A stretch of 64,000 bases of DNA, taken from NCBI RefSeq assembly GCF_009914755.1, contig NC_060936.1. One strand, given 5' to 3'. This document shows positions 43,633 through 59,005 of this stretch, piece after piece. Position 1 is the first letter of the stretch. Every line of letters begins with the position of its first letter. The notes below the pieces were generated by a model, which was given only the letters and a program-made list of their open reading frames with translations, did not search any database and was not told the origin of the DNA. This stretch comes from the human T2T-CHM13v2.0 reference genome, Homo sapiens. Both the position numbers and the translations under genes were made by a program.

Positions 43633-46600
43633 CTGCTGTACTTTCCCAAGATTCGTTTGGCTATTCAACATCTTCTATAGTTTTATATTAATTTTAGAAA
43701 TGTTTTTCTGATTTCTTTGAAAAATGCCATTGGAATTTTTATAGGGATTACATTGAATCTGTAGATTTATTTGGGTAATATGGATATTTTAGCAGTATTA
43801 ATTATTCCCATCTCTGAAGATAGGAAGTATTCCATTTATTTGTCTCTTCAGTTTCTTTCATCAACATCTTACAATTTTCAGTGTACAGATCTTTCACCTC
43901 TCGTTAAATTTATTTGCAAGAATTTTATTCTTTATTATTCTTTTGTAAAGTGGATTGTTTTGATTCTTTTTAGATGGTTTATTATTAGTATGTAGAAACA
44001 CAGCTAACTTTTGTATGTTGATTTTTTTGTCCTGCAACTTTACTCAATTTGTTTATTAGTTCTAACAGTTTTTTTTTTTTTTTTTTTTTTTGGTGGAGTC
44101 TTTAGGGTTTCCTGTATGTAAGATCATGTTATCTGCAATCAGAAACAGTTTTTCTTCCTTTCTGATTTGGATATCTTTTATTTCATTTTCTTGCCTAATT
44201 GCTCTGGCTAGACTTTCAGTACCATGTTAAATAGAAATGATGAGGGTGGGCATCTTTTCTTGTTCCTGATCTTAAAGTAAAAGCTTTCATCTTTTCATTG
44301 TTAAGTACAACGTTGGTTGAGAGGTTGTTATATATAGCCTTAGTTCTTTTGAGGTACATTTCTTCTGTACCTTATTAGTTGAGAGTTTTTATCATGGAAT
44401 AATGCTGAATTTTATCAAATGCTTTCTCTGCATTTGAGATGATCATATGATTTGTATCCTTTATTCTCTTAATGTGATGCATCACATTTATTGATTTGTG
44501 TAAGCTAACATATCCTTGCTTGCCAAGGATAAATGTCATTTGATCATGGTATTCTTTTAAAGTGTTATTAATTTGGTTTGATTACATTTTCTTAAAAATG
44601 TTTGTATTTATATTCATTAGGAATATTGACCTATGATTTTCTTTTTTTGTAGTATCCATATCTGGCTTTAGTATCAGAATAATGCTAGCTTCTTAAAATG
44701 AGATTGGAGGTATCCTCTCCTTCTGAATTTTTAGAAGAATTTGAGAAGGATTGATACTAATTCCTCTTTAAATATCTGATATAATTCACTTGTGAAGCTA
44801 TCAGGTTTTAGGCTTTTCTTTAGAGGTTTTTACTCATGATCGGTCTGTTCAGGTTTTCTACTTCTTCATTATTCAGTCTTGGTAACTTGTATGTTTCTAG
44901 GAATTTATCCTTATTCCAGGTTATCCAATTTGTTGGAATATTATTATTCGGAGTAGTCTCTTATGACCCTTTGTATTTCTGTGGTATCAGTTGTAATGTC
45001 TTCCCTTTTATTTATAATTTTATTTGAGTCCCTTCTTTTTTTCTTGGTTGGTATGGCTAAAGGTTTATCAATTTTGTTTATATTTTCAAAAAACCAAGTT
45101 TTAGCTTTGTTGGTATTTCATTGTTTTATTAGTCTCTATTTGATTTATTTTTGCTCTGATCTTTGTTACATCCTATCTTCTACTAACTTTGGCATTAGTT
45201 TAGTTTGTTCTTCTTTTCCTAGTTCCTTGAGGTATAAAATTTAGCGTTTTATTTGGGATCTTTCTTTATGCTTATTATAGGCAGTTATGATTATAAACTT
45301 CCCTCTTAGAACTGTATTTGCTGCATCCTATCAGTTTGGGTACGTTCTGTTTTTATTTTTTGTGGTCTCAAGATACTTTCTGATTTCCCTTTTGATTTCT
45401 TCTTTGACCCATTGGTTGTTCAGGTAGCATGTTGTTTAATTTTCATATGCTTGTGAATTTTACAAAATCTTCCTGTTACTGATTTCTGGTTTCATACTAT
45501 TGTGGTCAGAAAAGATAAAGTGCTGTTTTGTGGCTTAATATATGATCTTATCCTGAAGAATGTTCCATGTATGCTGGAGAAGAAGGTTCATTTTGCTGCT
45601 TCAGATGGAATGTTTTGAATATATTTGTTAGTCATTTGGTGTATGGTGTTATTCAAGTCCATTGTTTCGTTGTTGATTTTGATCTGTATGATCTATTCAT
45701 TGTTGCAAATAGAAATTGAAGTCCCCTATTATTATTGTATTGCTGTCTCTTTTTTTTCAGTTCTGTTAGTAGTTGCCTTGTATGTTTAGATGCTCTGGTA
45801 CTGGATATATATATATACAAAATTGTTACATTCTCTTTATATATTGACACTTGTTATTATATAATGACCATCTTTGTTTCTTGTAACAGATTTTGACTGA
45901 AAGTCCATTCTGTCTAATTTGAATATATCCACCCCTGCTGTCTTTTGGTTACCATTTGATTAGAATGTCTTTTCCCATTCCTACATTTCAGCATATGTGT
46001 GTCCTTAAGACTAAAATGATTCTCTTATAGGCAGCTTATAATGGGCTCTTGTTTTTGCTTTTTGAATCTATTCAGCCACTCTGCATTTTTAGATTGAAGA
46101 ATGTAATCCGTTTACATTTAAACTAATTATTGATAGGTAAAGACTTATGACTTCCACTTTTTAAAATGTTTTGCTATTCTTCTGTTCCTTTCTTTTTCTC
46201 CTGCTGTCTTTCTTTGTATTTTGATGATTTCCTATAATCTTATATTTTTAATTCCTTTTTGTCTTTTGTGTGTCTACTAGAGGTTTTTTCTTTGTGGTTA
46301 CAATGAGGCTTGCGTAAAAGATCTTATAACATTCCATTTTAAGTTGATAAGAACTTGACTTCAGTTGCATACAAACACTCTACACTTTTACTCCCCAGTC
46401 AACGTTTTATGCTATTGATGTCACACCGTGCATCTCTTTATATTGTATATCTTTAACAAACTAGTGTATCTATAGTTATTTTTAATACTTTTGTTTCTTA
46501 ACTTTTACTCTAAAGTTAACAAGTGGTTTATATACAACTATTACAATATTCTGAACTTGACTATATTTTTAACTTTACTAGGGAATCTTATACATTCAGA

Positions 46601-46960
46601 TATTTTTATTTTGTTAATTAGCATCTTTTCAGTTCAATTTAGCATTAAGTTCTACCTTCAGCATTCTTTTAAAAGTCAGATCTAGTGGCAATGAATTCCC
46701 TTAGCCTTAGCTTCTGTGGAAAAGTCCTTCTCTCTCCTACATTTCTGAAAGACAGCCTTGTTGGATATAGCATTCTTTTTTAACTCTTCGTTTCCTGAAC
46801 ACTTTGAATATATCATTCCACTCTCTCCTGGTTTTCAAGGTTTTTTATGGAGATGTTCACCAATAGTTTTATCAGGGTACCCTTCTTTGTGATGAGTCTC
46901 TTTTCCCTTGCTGCTTTAAAGTTTCCCTCTTTATTGAAGACTTTAGTCAATTTGATCATA

Positions 46961-47676
46961 AAGTATTCCCTCTCTATCTGTGAGGAATAAATTCTAAGAT
47001 TCCCAGTGGATGCCTGAAACTGTGGATAGTACTGAATCCAATTGCCATCAGTTGGAACCTGTTTCTGTTCATGTCTTCTACAAACAAATTTAATGCCTTT
47101 TCCATCTTTGCTTATCACACATTGTGACCATAACTTCTGCAGTCTGAAGTGCAACAGCAAATGGAAACTAGTATGAATTTCCATTTTTTCTTCTTAATTT
47201 CATGGGTAGAAGATTTGTTCTTACCATGGATCTTGGGAAACTCAGCATACCATTTTTTTTCTTTCTTTACTAAGTCAAGAGCTTTCACCTTTCCACTTGA
47301 TGGCTTCTCTTTGGCATATCCAAATTGCCAGCATCACTACTCTTGTGCTTTGGAGCCATTATTAAGTAAAAGAAGTATTACTTGAACACAAACTGCAATA
47401 CCACACAGTCAATCTGATAACAGATGGCTACTAAGTGACTAAATGACTGTTAGCATACTCAGTGTCATATCCTGGAAAAAGGGATAATCCACATCCTGGA
47501 CAAGAAAGAGCAGGACAGAGTTAGATTTCATCACTCTGCTCAGAACAGAATGCAATTTAAAACTTGTGAATTGTTTATTTCTGGAATTTTCCGTATAGTA
47601 TTTTCAAACTGTGGTTGACTGACTGTAGGTAAATGAAAGCATTGAAAGTGAAACCACAGATAAAGGGGAACTACTG
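46961..47676. mobile_element. MER44 (Tigger7-derived Tc1/mariner) nested in L1
   Basis: Degenerate TIRs aagtattccctctctatctgtg / cacagataaaggggaactactg, flanked by TA at 46959-60 and 47677-78; L1 text resumes afterwards. Confidence 0.85.
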
Positions 47677-47865
47677 TAATGTGTCTCAGAAAAATATTCT
47701 CTGGGTGGGTCCTTCTTTAGATTCTTTGAGCTTCATAAATCTGGATGTCTGTATCCCTCTGGGAAGTTTTCAGACGTTATTTCTTTAAGCCTTCTGTTTC
47801 TTTCTTTCTCTCTTCTCCTGTGACTTTCATAAATCGCGTATTTATTATCTTGATGGTACCCATAG

Positions 47866-48296
<431 letters not shown>

Positions 48297-51200
48297 TGAT
48301 TAAATATGATATTGTAGCTCTCTTTTGAATTTTTCAGTTCTATTATTGTATTCTTCAATCCAGGATTTCTGTTTTTTTTTTTATGGTTTCTATTTTTTAT
48401 GAACTTCTAATTTTGTCCATGCATTGTTTTTCTGATTTCATTTAGTTGTCTGTTTCCTCTTCCATCCCATTGATCTTCTTTAATATGATTGTTTTGAATT
48501 CTTTGTCAGACAGTTCATAGATCTCAATTTCTTTGGGGTTGTTACTGGTGCTTATTAGTTTCCTTCTGTGGTGTCATGTTTATCTAATTCTTTATTGTCT
48601 GTGTAGCTTTGCCTTTGTGTCTGCATTTGAAGGAACAAATACCTGTTCAAGTCTTTACAGATTGGCTTTGGCAGATATTGACCTTCTCCTGTAGGGTTCC
48701 CAGCCTGCTAGGATTGGTTTTGGGACCACAGTCGACTGGAATTTTAACTGGGTCACGAGACTTTTGCTGGTTCTTACAAGGAGCAGAGTGTATATGGATC
48801 CTGTCTGGTCTCAAGACAGATTGGACTTTGGGCAGTAGAACAGACACTAGGGCAAGGGTGTGCTTTAGATTCCACAGTTGGCTCCACAGATGGTAGGCCT
48901 ATTACCAGGTATACTATTCGGTGTCTTTCTCTCCAGGTTCTTAAGAGGGCTCCCACTGGGTCACTAGGTGGATCCTTGGTCAGGCAGAACTGGTCCTGGA
49001 CTATGGCTGAGAGGGGCTAGAACTGAGTTAGAGAGTGTGCTTCAGGGTCCACAGCTGAGTTCAGTGTTTTTAGGTCTCTCTCCAGGGTCACAGACAAATG
49101 TACCTCCTGCCAGGTTCTTGATTGGGCAAGACTGCCCCTGACTGCAGCCGAGCAGGGCTGGAGCTGGGTCACAGGTCTACTTCAGGATCTACATTCAGCC
49201 TGAGGCCTATTTCTGGGAGCATGGATAAGCATGTTTCCTATAAAGTCCCTTGGTGGGCAGAACTGCTCTCAGATCACAGCTGAGAGGAGCTGGAACCAAG
49301 TTAAAGGGCTCTTTCAGCATCTACAGTGGGACCAAAGTTGGTGGGACTGCCACCAGGGCATGAATGGGCATATCTCCTGGCAGGTCCCTGTGTGGGAAGA
49401 AATGCTGTCAGACTACAGGTGAGAATGGCTAGAGCTGAATTACAGGGCCTCTTTATGGTCGACAGCTAGGGCTGAGATCAGCCGGTCTGTTGTACAAAGT
49501 GCATGTGGGCATGACTCCTCCCTCATTCCTTGGTGGATGATTCTGGTGGCAGGACAAAGGCCAAATGGAGTTGTAGCCAAGTTCATAGGGGGCTGAGGCT
49601 GTTTCTGGGTCTGTATCCAGGACCACTGTTCATAAGCCTGGCAACTGGGTACAAGCCTGCCCTCTCAGACAGCCCTGATCAGTCTTGGACTTCGTATCTG
49701 AATCCAAAGCTCGAAAAAGGCACTTTTTTCCATAGATAGCTGCCAAATTATTGTTCTGTGGGAGGATATGAGTAGAGGATCTCCTATTCTGCTATCTTGC
49801 TGACTCCTAGAATAGTTCCTTTATAAATATTGTACTAGATGAGGTTTCTAATTTCTCAGCAGACACTTATTCCAAACTCCTAGACTTTCACACCTAAAAA
49901 TGTGCCTCTGAATAAATATTTAATTTTACAGTATCAGTTTACATTTTTAGACCTATGAAGTAATATTAGAGTATTAATTCTTCTTAATCAACTGTCTTTA
50001 CTAAAGGGGGTTCCAGGTGAAAATACAGTAATGATATTAAAAATACCACAGAGCACAGGCTCTGACCAATAGAATAGACACTGGCTATAGAATTAGAGTG
50101 AGGTACTAGAGTACCCTTGTTTCACCAGAGGTTAACCAGGCAGTGCTGGATAACAGGGAGGTGAGAGGCTCTGTGAAGGAGGCTGGGGAGAAAAAGAAAG
50201 TGGGATATAAGGAAATTGGAGCCCCAACTATTTACCAACCTATACAGCCATATGAGTGCATTCCTGTAAAGTGTATATATTTATAGCATCCTTGTGGGAA
50301 ATGCATTTGAAAAGCCAAGAATGATAAGAAAATACCCTTACTACCAAAAAACTTTGAATAATAATCAATATTTATTCTTCATCAAGGTTGCTATATTCCT
50401 TCTTGAAAAAAGAAATTGTGGTGATTTCATTCAGAGTTGTTTGAGGTTTCTCAAGCTCAAGAAAACAAAATCAAAAACACATAGACTTAACCTGGAGAAA
50501 ATTTTGCTTAAATCCCACTATTCTTATTACATAATACTTGCAATTTCTATCTATTGAGTTATAATAATTAGTTAGAACTTCTCCCATGCTTATTTAATTC
50601 ATTTGAATTTTTGTGATCAAAGTTACTCTACACCACAGCAGGAGACAATCTGTATTTTATATTTTAGAGGTCGTGAGTCAAATTCTTTTGAAAGTTTGCA
50701 ATTTTAATAAAATAATGAGGTTTAATAGGAATGTTTATTTTCTAAAATTTTAAAAAATAATGTATCTTTCCATTCATGAGGAGAAAAAAAAACATAAGAA
50801 GTGTTTCTTTATATCCATTATATTAAAGTATAACTTGCCTCAAATAAGAAATTGTGAAAAGGAAAACCAAATTTTTGGCTTAGAGGTTTACACTATGTAC
50901 AATTGAAAAGAGAATTCTATGAAGATTCATATTATTTTATATGAGTTTCAATTATTATAAGACATTAGAGGGCAAAAACGGTTTTGTTAATTGCCAAAAC
51001 GGATATGTGTTCTACAATGTTATTTCACCTCTATGTTTTTTCTTCTGTTTTCCTTTATTTCCCTTTTCTTTCTTGCATTTTTATCTGATTAAATTTATTT
51101 CAAGTAATTGTTTTTTTTTTTCTTCTTATAATTCTAAACAATATCTAGCCATCAATATAGCCCTGAAAAGCACAGGCTTAACTACATTATGGACAATTCT

Positions 51201-51822
51201 CTGGCAGATCAAATTTTCATCACCCACATTTCAGATCTACTTTAAAAGTCAGCATTAAAGACTAATTTGAGTATTTTTCTGATTTTTAAAAATGCTTTAG
51301 TTTCAACTAACCCTCATTGAATTCCATCTGTGTATACTTATGCAAGATTTTATGGGGGCTACAAAGATAGATAAGAGAAAATGTCAGGCTCCTAGTATCT
51401 TATCTAGCAGGGAGCAGTTGCTCTGACATGGAGAGAGGTCACTAGACCACAAGCCATGGATGATATATGTCCTATGAGAACAGGCTACATTATTGGCTTT
51501 TAGAGGTGGTCCCTGTATGGAGCTTATCAAGTCTTAGAGATGGTGATGAGTCTGGTCTAACTATCCCTCTCTTTTGTAGAAGGATAATGGAATCCAAAGA
51601 TTTCCTCACCCATTCACCATCTGCCTTATCTTCTTACATTGCATGTCCACTACCCTTGGTAAACAATGTACAGGTTTACTAAGAGCTACACACCAATGTT
51701 TTCTTGGGACACTTACTGCACTAACCAAAGTCATTTTTAATATTGTTGTTGTTAATTATTTGTTCCATAATTATTATCTTAATGTTCTTTGGGGAAAACT
51801 GCTTTTGATAGAAGGCATTTAA

Positions 51823-52160
<338 letters not shown>

Positions 52161-52273
52161 TAGGGTAGGTGCTTGCCAAGGGGCAGACATTTAATACAAC
52201 ACAGATAACATGCACTCTCTAGTATCTATATTTTATGCCTTATGTTCTTTAATGAGTGTCTTGTTCCTTACAG

Positions 52274-52433
52274 GACAGTTCTTTTTACTCTGACGTCTGT
52301 GGTTGTACTTGTGATTACAACGGACTGGATCAGCTGGGACAAGCTGAATCGGGGATTTTTGCCCAGTGATGAAGTTTCCAGAGCATTCCTTGCTTCTTTT
52401 ATCTTGGTCTTTGACCTTCTTATTGTGATGCAG
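52274..52433 (+). CDS. TMEM117: Internal coding exon of transmembrane protein 117 (probably exon 6; 160 nt, entry phase 2, exit phase 0)
   Basis: Acceptor ttgttccttacAG|G at 52273/4 and donor CAG|gtaagt at 52433/4. Translates (W)TVLFTLTSVVVLVITTDWISWDKLNRGFLPSDEVSRAFLASFILVFDLLIVMQ, which I recognise as TMEM117. The exon number is from memory. Confidence 0.93.
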
Positions 52434-54729
52434 GTAAGTGTATTTCCCTCCCCTCAGTGAAGCTGCTGCATGCTCTGTTCCCAGTATAACAAACAGGATA
52501 TGGCAACAGGCTCCATAAATCTAAATAAGTACAGCATTTACAGTTACTTTTGATGGGGCCTTCTCTGTTTATATTTTCAGCTATTATACTGGGAGGGAAA
52601 GCCAATTGGACTTTTATAAGAGGGGCACCAAAAATGTATTTTATGAACATTGCAAGGTGGGCCCCTAGAAACCATATAGCACATTGGTATTTTCTGCCTA
52701 GGCTTTAGGGGGAAAAAAAACACACTCAGAAACAAAAACCAAAAATCCTTGTCATTTAGTAAATGGAAAGCTGCAGACATGAGGATTATATAAAAGCAGC
52801 AAAGCAGGGAAAAGCAATTGTCAAAGCAACTCAGGGTTTTATAGCAGTTGAAATGAAGTGATGTAAAAATTCTTTTTCTGGTTATGGAAATTGTTACTTT
52901 CTTTCAGTATTCACCAGAGATCATTCCATTTTCATGTAAACCATATTTCTGCCCTGCTTAGCAACAGATTTTTCATACAATAGCATCACACTAACCAGTG
53001 TTACTCATGTAATCTGGTGTGACTCTTTGGCGTTTTAGGACTATTCTTTTGAATGGGGCAGAAAGAGACACTAGCTATTTCTTGCTCATTAAATATCCAT
53101 CCATTTGTTAGACATTTTCTTATTGCTTTCATAAGGCAATTTTTTTCCCTCCTGAGGCATTGTAAGTCACCAGACCAAAGACTACAATTACTGAAGGAAT
53201 ACTCCACTGTATTCTGAATTTATGTGAGATTTCACAGGATAGCAGATTGGTTTTCTCATTTCTAGAGGCAAAAAGAGGCCTTTATGAGAGATATTCAGTG
53301 TTGTCTCAAAAGAGAATAACAGTTTATTTATTGATTTTTTTTAAATTTGTTAAATAATATATCTTGGGCATTAGGTTCAAGATGGTTCTTTGAGTATATT
53401 ACTACTTTAATGGATAATATTTTAAAATACACTATCATTTTTAAAAATTATTTAAAGAGGTAAAACGGAATATTTTTGTTGCATTTGAAAATTGATAAAT
53501 TTCTTATTTCCTGAAATAGCAATGGAAAAAACTTTCCAATCTGACTTTGAGTTAGACAGCACTGGCAGGTTCTAGATCTGCCTGTCACTAAGCTGTAGGA
53601 CGTCCCATGGGTATCTACAGAATTGAATTTTTAGCACTTATGCAATAATGTATCATGCATTACTTATATAAAGGCTATTTTTATCTTCCTCTATTTCCTA
53701 ACTAATATAATTTCTCTTGTAAAATGTCCACATTGGCCAGATGGCCTACTGATACCTCTCTGAACCCATCTTAAAGTCAATGGTATTAGTAGCCCAGTAG
53801 ACTGTTGTCTAATTGAATTTGCTTACATTCATATATTTGAGAGCATAAATTCTTTGATTGTCCATTACCATCCTCATGCTTCTACTCTGTTTGTGTAAGT
53901 TTTCAGTATTCTTCCAATAAGTTCACTAAAATCAAGGACTTCAAGTGGGAAAATATAACATTGTAATTTACAGATATTATGGATTCACTCAAAAACTGCT
54001 TAATAAAGACAGATGGAAGAAAGAAAGGATAGTCAGGATTTACATAGGCAGAGTCAGCAAAGGGGAAGGGAAAGACATTCTAGATGAAAAAATATCATAA
54101 CAATGTAAAATGTTAATAACATGCTGAAGTGTTCAGAGAGTAGTCAGAGCACCAAATGACCGACGATGAAGAGTTTATGCTGAGGAATATTTAAGTTTGG
54201 ACCATTTTGGCTACAAGTAGCAATAACCCGGCCAAGCTAACTTAATCAAAGGAGGAATGTATTGCTGCATTTTAGGGATATCCTACCCAATTCAAGAGGA
54301 GGGATGTAGTTGCCTCTAGGGACACATGAAAGCAGAGACCAGGGTGTAACAGGGAATCCAGACCTAGCATTTATTTTCCATCTCTTATCTTTTTTGTTTT
54401 TGCCTTCTCTTTTTTTTTCTCTTATTGTAAAATGGCCTTTCCAGGTTTCTCGTTCAAATGGAAGAAAATGGCTACTGCCGACACCTCAGAGGGCAATCAC
54501 CCTCTAGCTGTCAGGCCTGATTCCAGATTTCCTAGGAAGGAATTGGAGAAACTCATGGGCTCAGCATGGGAGGCTATGGTGATGAGGTCATCTGAAAGAA
54601 AAGGGGAGAGAGGTTGGGCTATAACTCCAAATTAGTAGGTTTCTAATATAAAGATGAGTAAAAAATTAGCCCCAAAATTTAGGTCTCTTAACTTCTTCTT
54701 TTCTGTCTCCCCTAACACTAAGTCAGCTA

Positions 54730-55400
54730 GCCAGGCCTACTGATTTATCTTTATGCCTTTAATATCATTCTTCTTTCTCGTTTCCTTGCCACCATTCCAG
54801 TCTTGACTCCCCTCTATACTATTTAATCTCCTATGGATCTTCTGCCACCACACATCCACGTACCATATGCCCTATGCAGCTCTTCTTCATAACCTTCCAG
54901 TTGGAAATGTCATGTTTTACACTTCTCAGCCCTAGATATTGTCCATGACTCCTCATTGTCCGAGAGGAGAGTCCAGCCTCTGGGAGCTCTCTGAGTGCCC
55001 TCCATGGTCTGGCCCTGACTCTGTATTCTCCCACGTCTTCTATGCTCTAGTTCCACCCAGATCAACATATTTGCTGCTGGGCATTTGCCCACAGCATACT
55101 TATTCCCCAGTGTCAGGAGTCTCTTGTTCCTCTACAGATTGTGCCTTTTCTGTTCTGCTCATTTGGATCCTACCATTGGAGACCATTTCAACTTTCTCTT
55201 CATTAAAGTCATGTGATCACTTCCTCTTCAGAACTCCTGTAGCACTTTTTACCTGAACTGCAAATCAATATGTCACTTTTTCCTTATAACTCTTCATATC
55301 CATGGAGCTTCCCAAGCAAAGTGCCTTACATGGCAGGAGTAGGCCCAGAGTAATAACTGCTTGATGAGGATAAAGAAGTGACAGCTAAGCACTGAGTCAT
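54730..55400 (+). mobile_element. L2 remnant
   Basis: ttgccaccattccagtc..tgactcctcattgtccgagaggagagtccagcctc..tctggccctgact resembles L2. Confidence 0.55.
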
Positions 55401-55728
55401 GTGCAAACTGTATCCCTCTTTGTGAGCATCATGTAGAAGTTGTAGGAACTAGTACATGTGGTAAGAGAGTTAATTTAAGGAAACAGAGCCCCAGAAAGCA
55501 TATGTACTCAAGACATTTGAAAATATATAAGACAAATATCCTAACAAGTTCACAACCAACTAAACTGTGTTCTAATTCATCCCATATTTACATATTCCAG
55601 ATGAAAGAAAAATAAAGAAGTAAAATTAGTGTCACTGAAACACCTGTCCTTATTAGAATTATTTAAATGATTTGAAAGCAGTCGATCCTAGGTTCTCTAT
55701 TGGTAGGAAAATTCCACTTATACTATAG

Positions 55729-56049
<321 letters not shown>

Positions 56050-56629
56050 TAATTTTTTTTTAAAAGAAACCATTAGAATTTGGTGCTACTTTTGTAAAGT
56101 TCTTTTTATTATTTTTAATAAAATTAGCAGGCCAGTTCTGAATACTTTTAGAGAAAGTAAATCATTAATTTTTATAGATATTTACTAAATAGGATTTTTC
56201 TACCTTTATTGTTGTATCACATTTTTCTGTGGTTTTAGTAAACTCACTAGAACTAGGGCATAAACAGATACCAGCAAAGTGTAACGTGACTCACACATGC
56301 TACGTACAGGACACAAGAAATAAATTGTAGAGAAAACATTCTTCTAAGGAAAACTTTATCTCAGTTTCTGTTAAGTATTTGTAATTATGTCATTTGATTT
56401 ATATATATCCCTCTATTTCTTTGCATAAGTATTTGACTTGTAGCATATCCCACCCACCGTTCTTCTTTGCTAGGTTAAGGAAAAGATTCAGGTAATGGAT
56501 ACCCTAAAAGTGCAGACTTCACCACTACACAATCTATCCATGTATGAAAATTACACTTGTACCCCATAAATTTACACAATTTTTTAAAAAAGAGTTAAAA
56601 TATGTTTGTAAACAAAGGAAAAAAGTGGG

Positions 56630-57917
56630 ACAAATGGAGCAAAATATCCAAATAGAACCTTCCAGTGATCGTCCCCCTATAGGAGCATGAAAGTTAACAA
56701 TTCATATAAGAAAGCACCTCCATAAGAACCAAAAATCAGATGAATGATCACAGTGCTTGGTTTTAACATTATATTAGGAAAGAGGCACTGAAGAGGGTAA
56801 GAGAGACAGTCTTGAATTGCTGATACCTCTCTTCCCCCATCCCCCAGCAGTGGCCACGTGGCACAGAATCTATGTGCTTAGGGGAGGGAGGAGAGCACAG
56901 TGACTATGGGACTTTGCATTGGAACTTAGTGCTGCCTGTCATAGCAGAATGCAACACAGGGCAAAATTCAGCTGGCACACATAGAGAGCATCTAGACCAG
57001 CCCTAGCCAGAGGGGAATTTCTGGTAGCCTCCCAACTGCAGGCTAAAGTGCTTTGGGATCCCAAATAAATTTGAAAGGCAGTCTAGGCCACAAGGACTTG
57101 GAATTTCTTGGCTAGTCCTTGTGCTGTGCTGAGCTTGGAGGCAGTAGACTTTGTGTCATGCGACCTAGTGAGACACCAGCCAGGGTGGCCAAGGGAGTGC
57201 TTGAACCACTCCTTCTTCAATCCCTAGTAGTGCAGCTCACAGCTCCAGGACAGACTCCTTTCCTCTGCTTCAGGAGAGGAGAGCAGACAGTAAAGAGGAC
57301 TTTGTCTTGCAACTTGGATACTAGCTTACCACAGTAGAATAGGGCACCAGAGAGAGTCCTGAGGCCCCTATTTCAGGTTCTACCTCTGGACAACATTTCT
57401 GGGCCAGAAGGGAACCCACTGACTTGAAGGGAAGGACTCAGTCCTGGCAAGATTAATCACCCATTGTCTAAAGGGCCCTTGGGCCTTAAATGAACATAAG
57501 GAGTAGCTAGGCAGTACTCACTGCAGCCTTGAGTGACATCCAGAGCCATGTTGGTTTCAGGTGAAACCCAAACATCCCCACCTGTGGTGGCCATGGCGAG
57601 ATATTCCTTCTACTTGAGGAAAGCAGAGTGAAGAGTAAAGGGAACTTTGTCTTGTAGCTTGGGTACCAGCTCAGCCGCAGTGGGGTAGAGCACAGAGTTG
57701 GCTCCTGAGGTTCCTGACTCCAGGCCTTGGCTCCTAGATGACACATCTGGACTCATCCTGGGCCAGAGGGGAGCCCATTCCTGAAAGGAGAGAGCCAGGC
57801 CTGGCAGTATATACCATAAGCTGACTAAACAGCCATTGGATCTTGTGTGAACATCAGCAGTAGCCAGGCAGTACTTGCCATGGGCCTGGGGCAGTGGTAA
57901 CCATGAGGAAAGACTCT
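56630..57917 (+). mobile_element. L1 5'UTR (L1MA1-3/L1M1-type) with an internal ~350-bp repeat
   Basis: atggagcaaaatatccaaatagaacc..aaagcacctccataagaaccaaaaatcag; the block agtaaag..actttgtcttg..cttgg recurs at ~57290 and ~57634. Confidence 0.75.
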
Positions 57918-59005
57918 TCCTTCTTGACATTGGCTTTGGCAAAGAATTTATGACTAAGTCCCCAAAAGCAATTGCAACAAAAACAAAAATTGACAAGTGA
58001 GACCTAATTAAACAAAAGAGCTTTTGTACAGAAAAAGAAATAGGAGAGTAAAAAGACAACCCACAGTATTGGAGAAAATATCTGCAAACTATACATCCAA
58101 CAGAGGTCTAATATCTAGAATTTAAAAGATACTTAAACAACTCAACAAGCAAAAAACAGATAATCCCATCTAAAATTGGGCAAAAGAACATGAACAGACA
58201 CTTCTCAAAAAAAAAAAAGACAAGCAGCCAACAAGCATATGAAAAAATGCTCATCATCACTAATCATCAGATAAATGCAAATCAAAACTGAATGACATAC
58301 CATCTCACAGCTGTCAGTCTGACCTATTATAAAAAAGATTAAAAAGAATAACAGATGCTGGCAAGGCTGCAGAGAAAAGGGAATGCTTATGCCCTAATGG
58401 TGGGAATGTAAATTGTTCAACCACTGTGGAAAGCAGTTTGGAGATCTCTCAAACAGCTTAAACAGAACTAGCATTCAACCCAGCAATCCCATTACTGAGT
58501 ATATACCCAAAGGAAAAGAAGTTGTTCTACCAAAAAGACACATGCACACATATGTTCATCCAGCCTAGGTGCCCATCAACAGTGGATCAGATAAAGAAAA
58601 TGTGGTACCTGAACACCATGGCATACTATACAGCCATGAAAAAGAATGAAATGATGTCCTTTACAGCAACATGGATTCATCTGGAGACCATCATCCTAAG
58701 TGAATTAACAGAGGGACAGAAAACCAAATACCACATGTTCTCATTTATAAATGAGAGCTAAACATTGAGTACAGGTGAACATAAAAACAGGTACTACAGA
58801 CACTGGGGACTACTGGAGAGGGTAGAAGGGAAGAGGGGAATGGACCGAAAAACTACCCATCAGGTACTATGCTCTCTCCTGGGCAACAGGGCCATCCATA
58901 CCCCAATTCTTAGCATCACATAATATACCCATGTAACAAACCTGCACTTGGACCCCCTGAGTCTATAATAAAATTGGAAATTATTTTAAAAAGAAAAAGA
59001 AAAAA
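57918..59005 (+). mobile_element. L1 ORF2 end plus 3'UTR (L1PA16-like)
   Basis: ggcaaagaatttatgactaagtcc..gaaaaactacccatcaggtactatgctc..cccctgagtctataataaaa followed by an A tail. Confidence 0.85.

Noticed and set aside
52369-52430. Out-of-frame ORF whose TGA overlaps the in-frame ATG (TGATG)
   Set aside because: Follows from the Val-Met codons GTG ATG; no evidence for termination-reinitiation.
52242-52460. 72-aa ORF as a stand-alone gene
   Set aside because: It is the TMEM117 exon plus intronic read-through on both sides.
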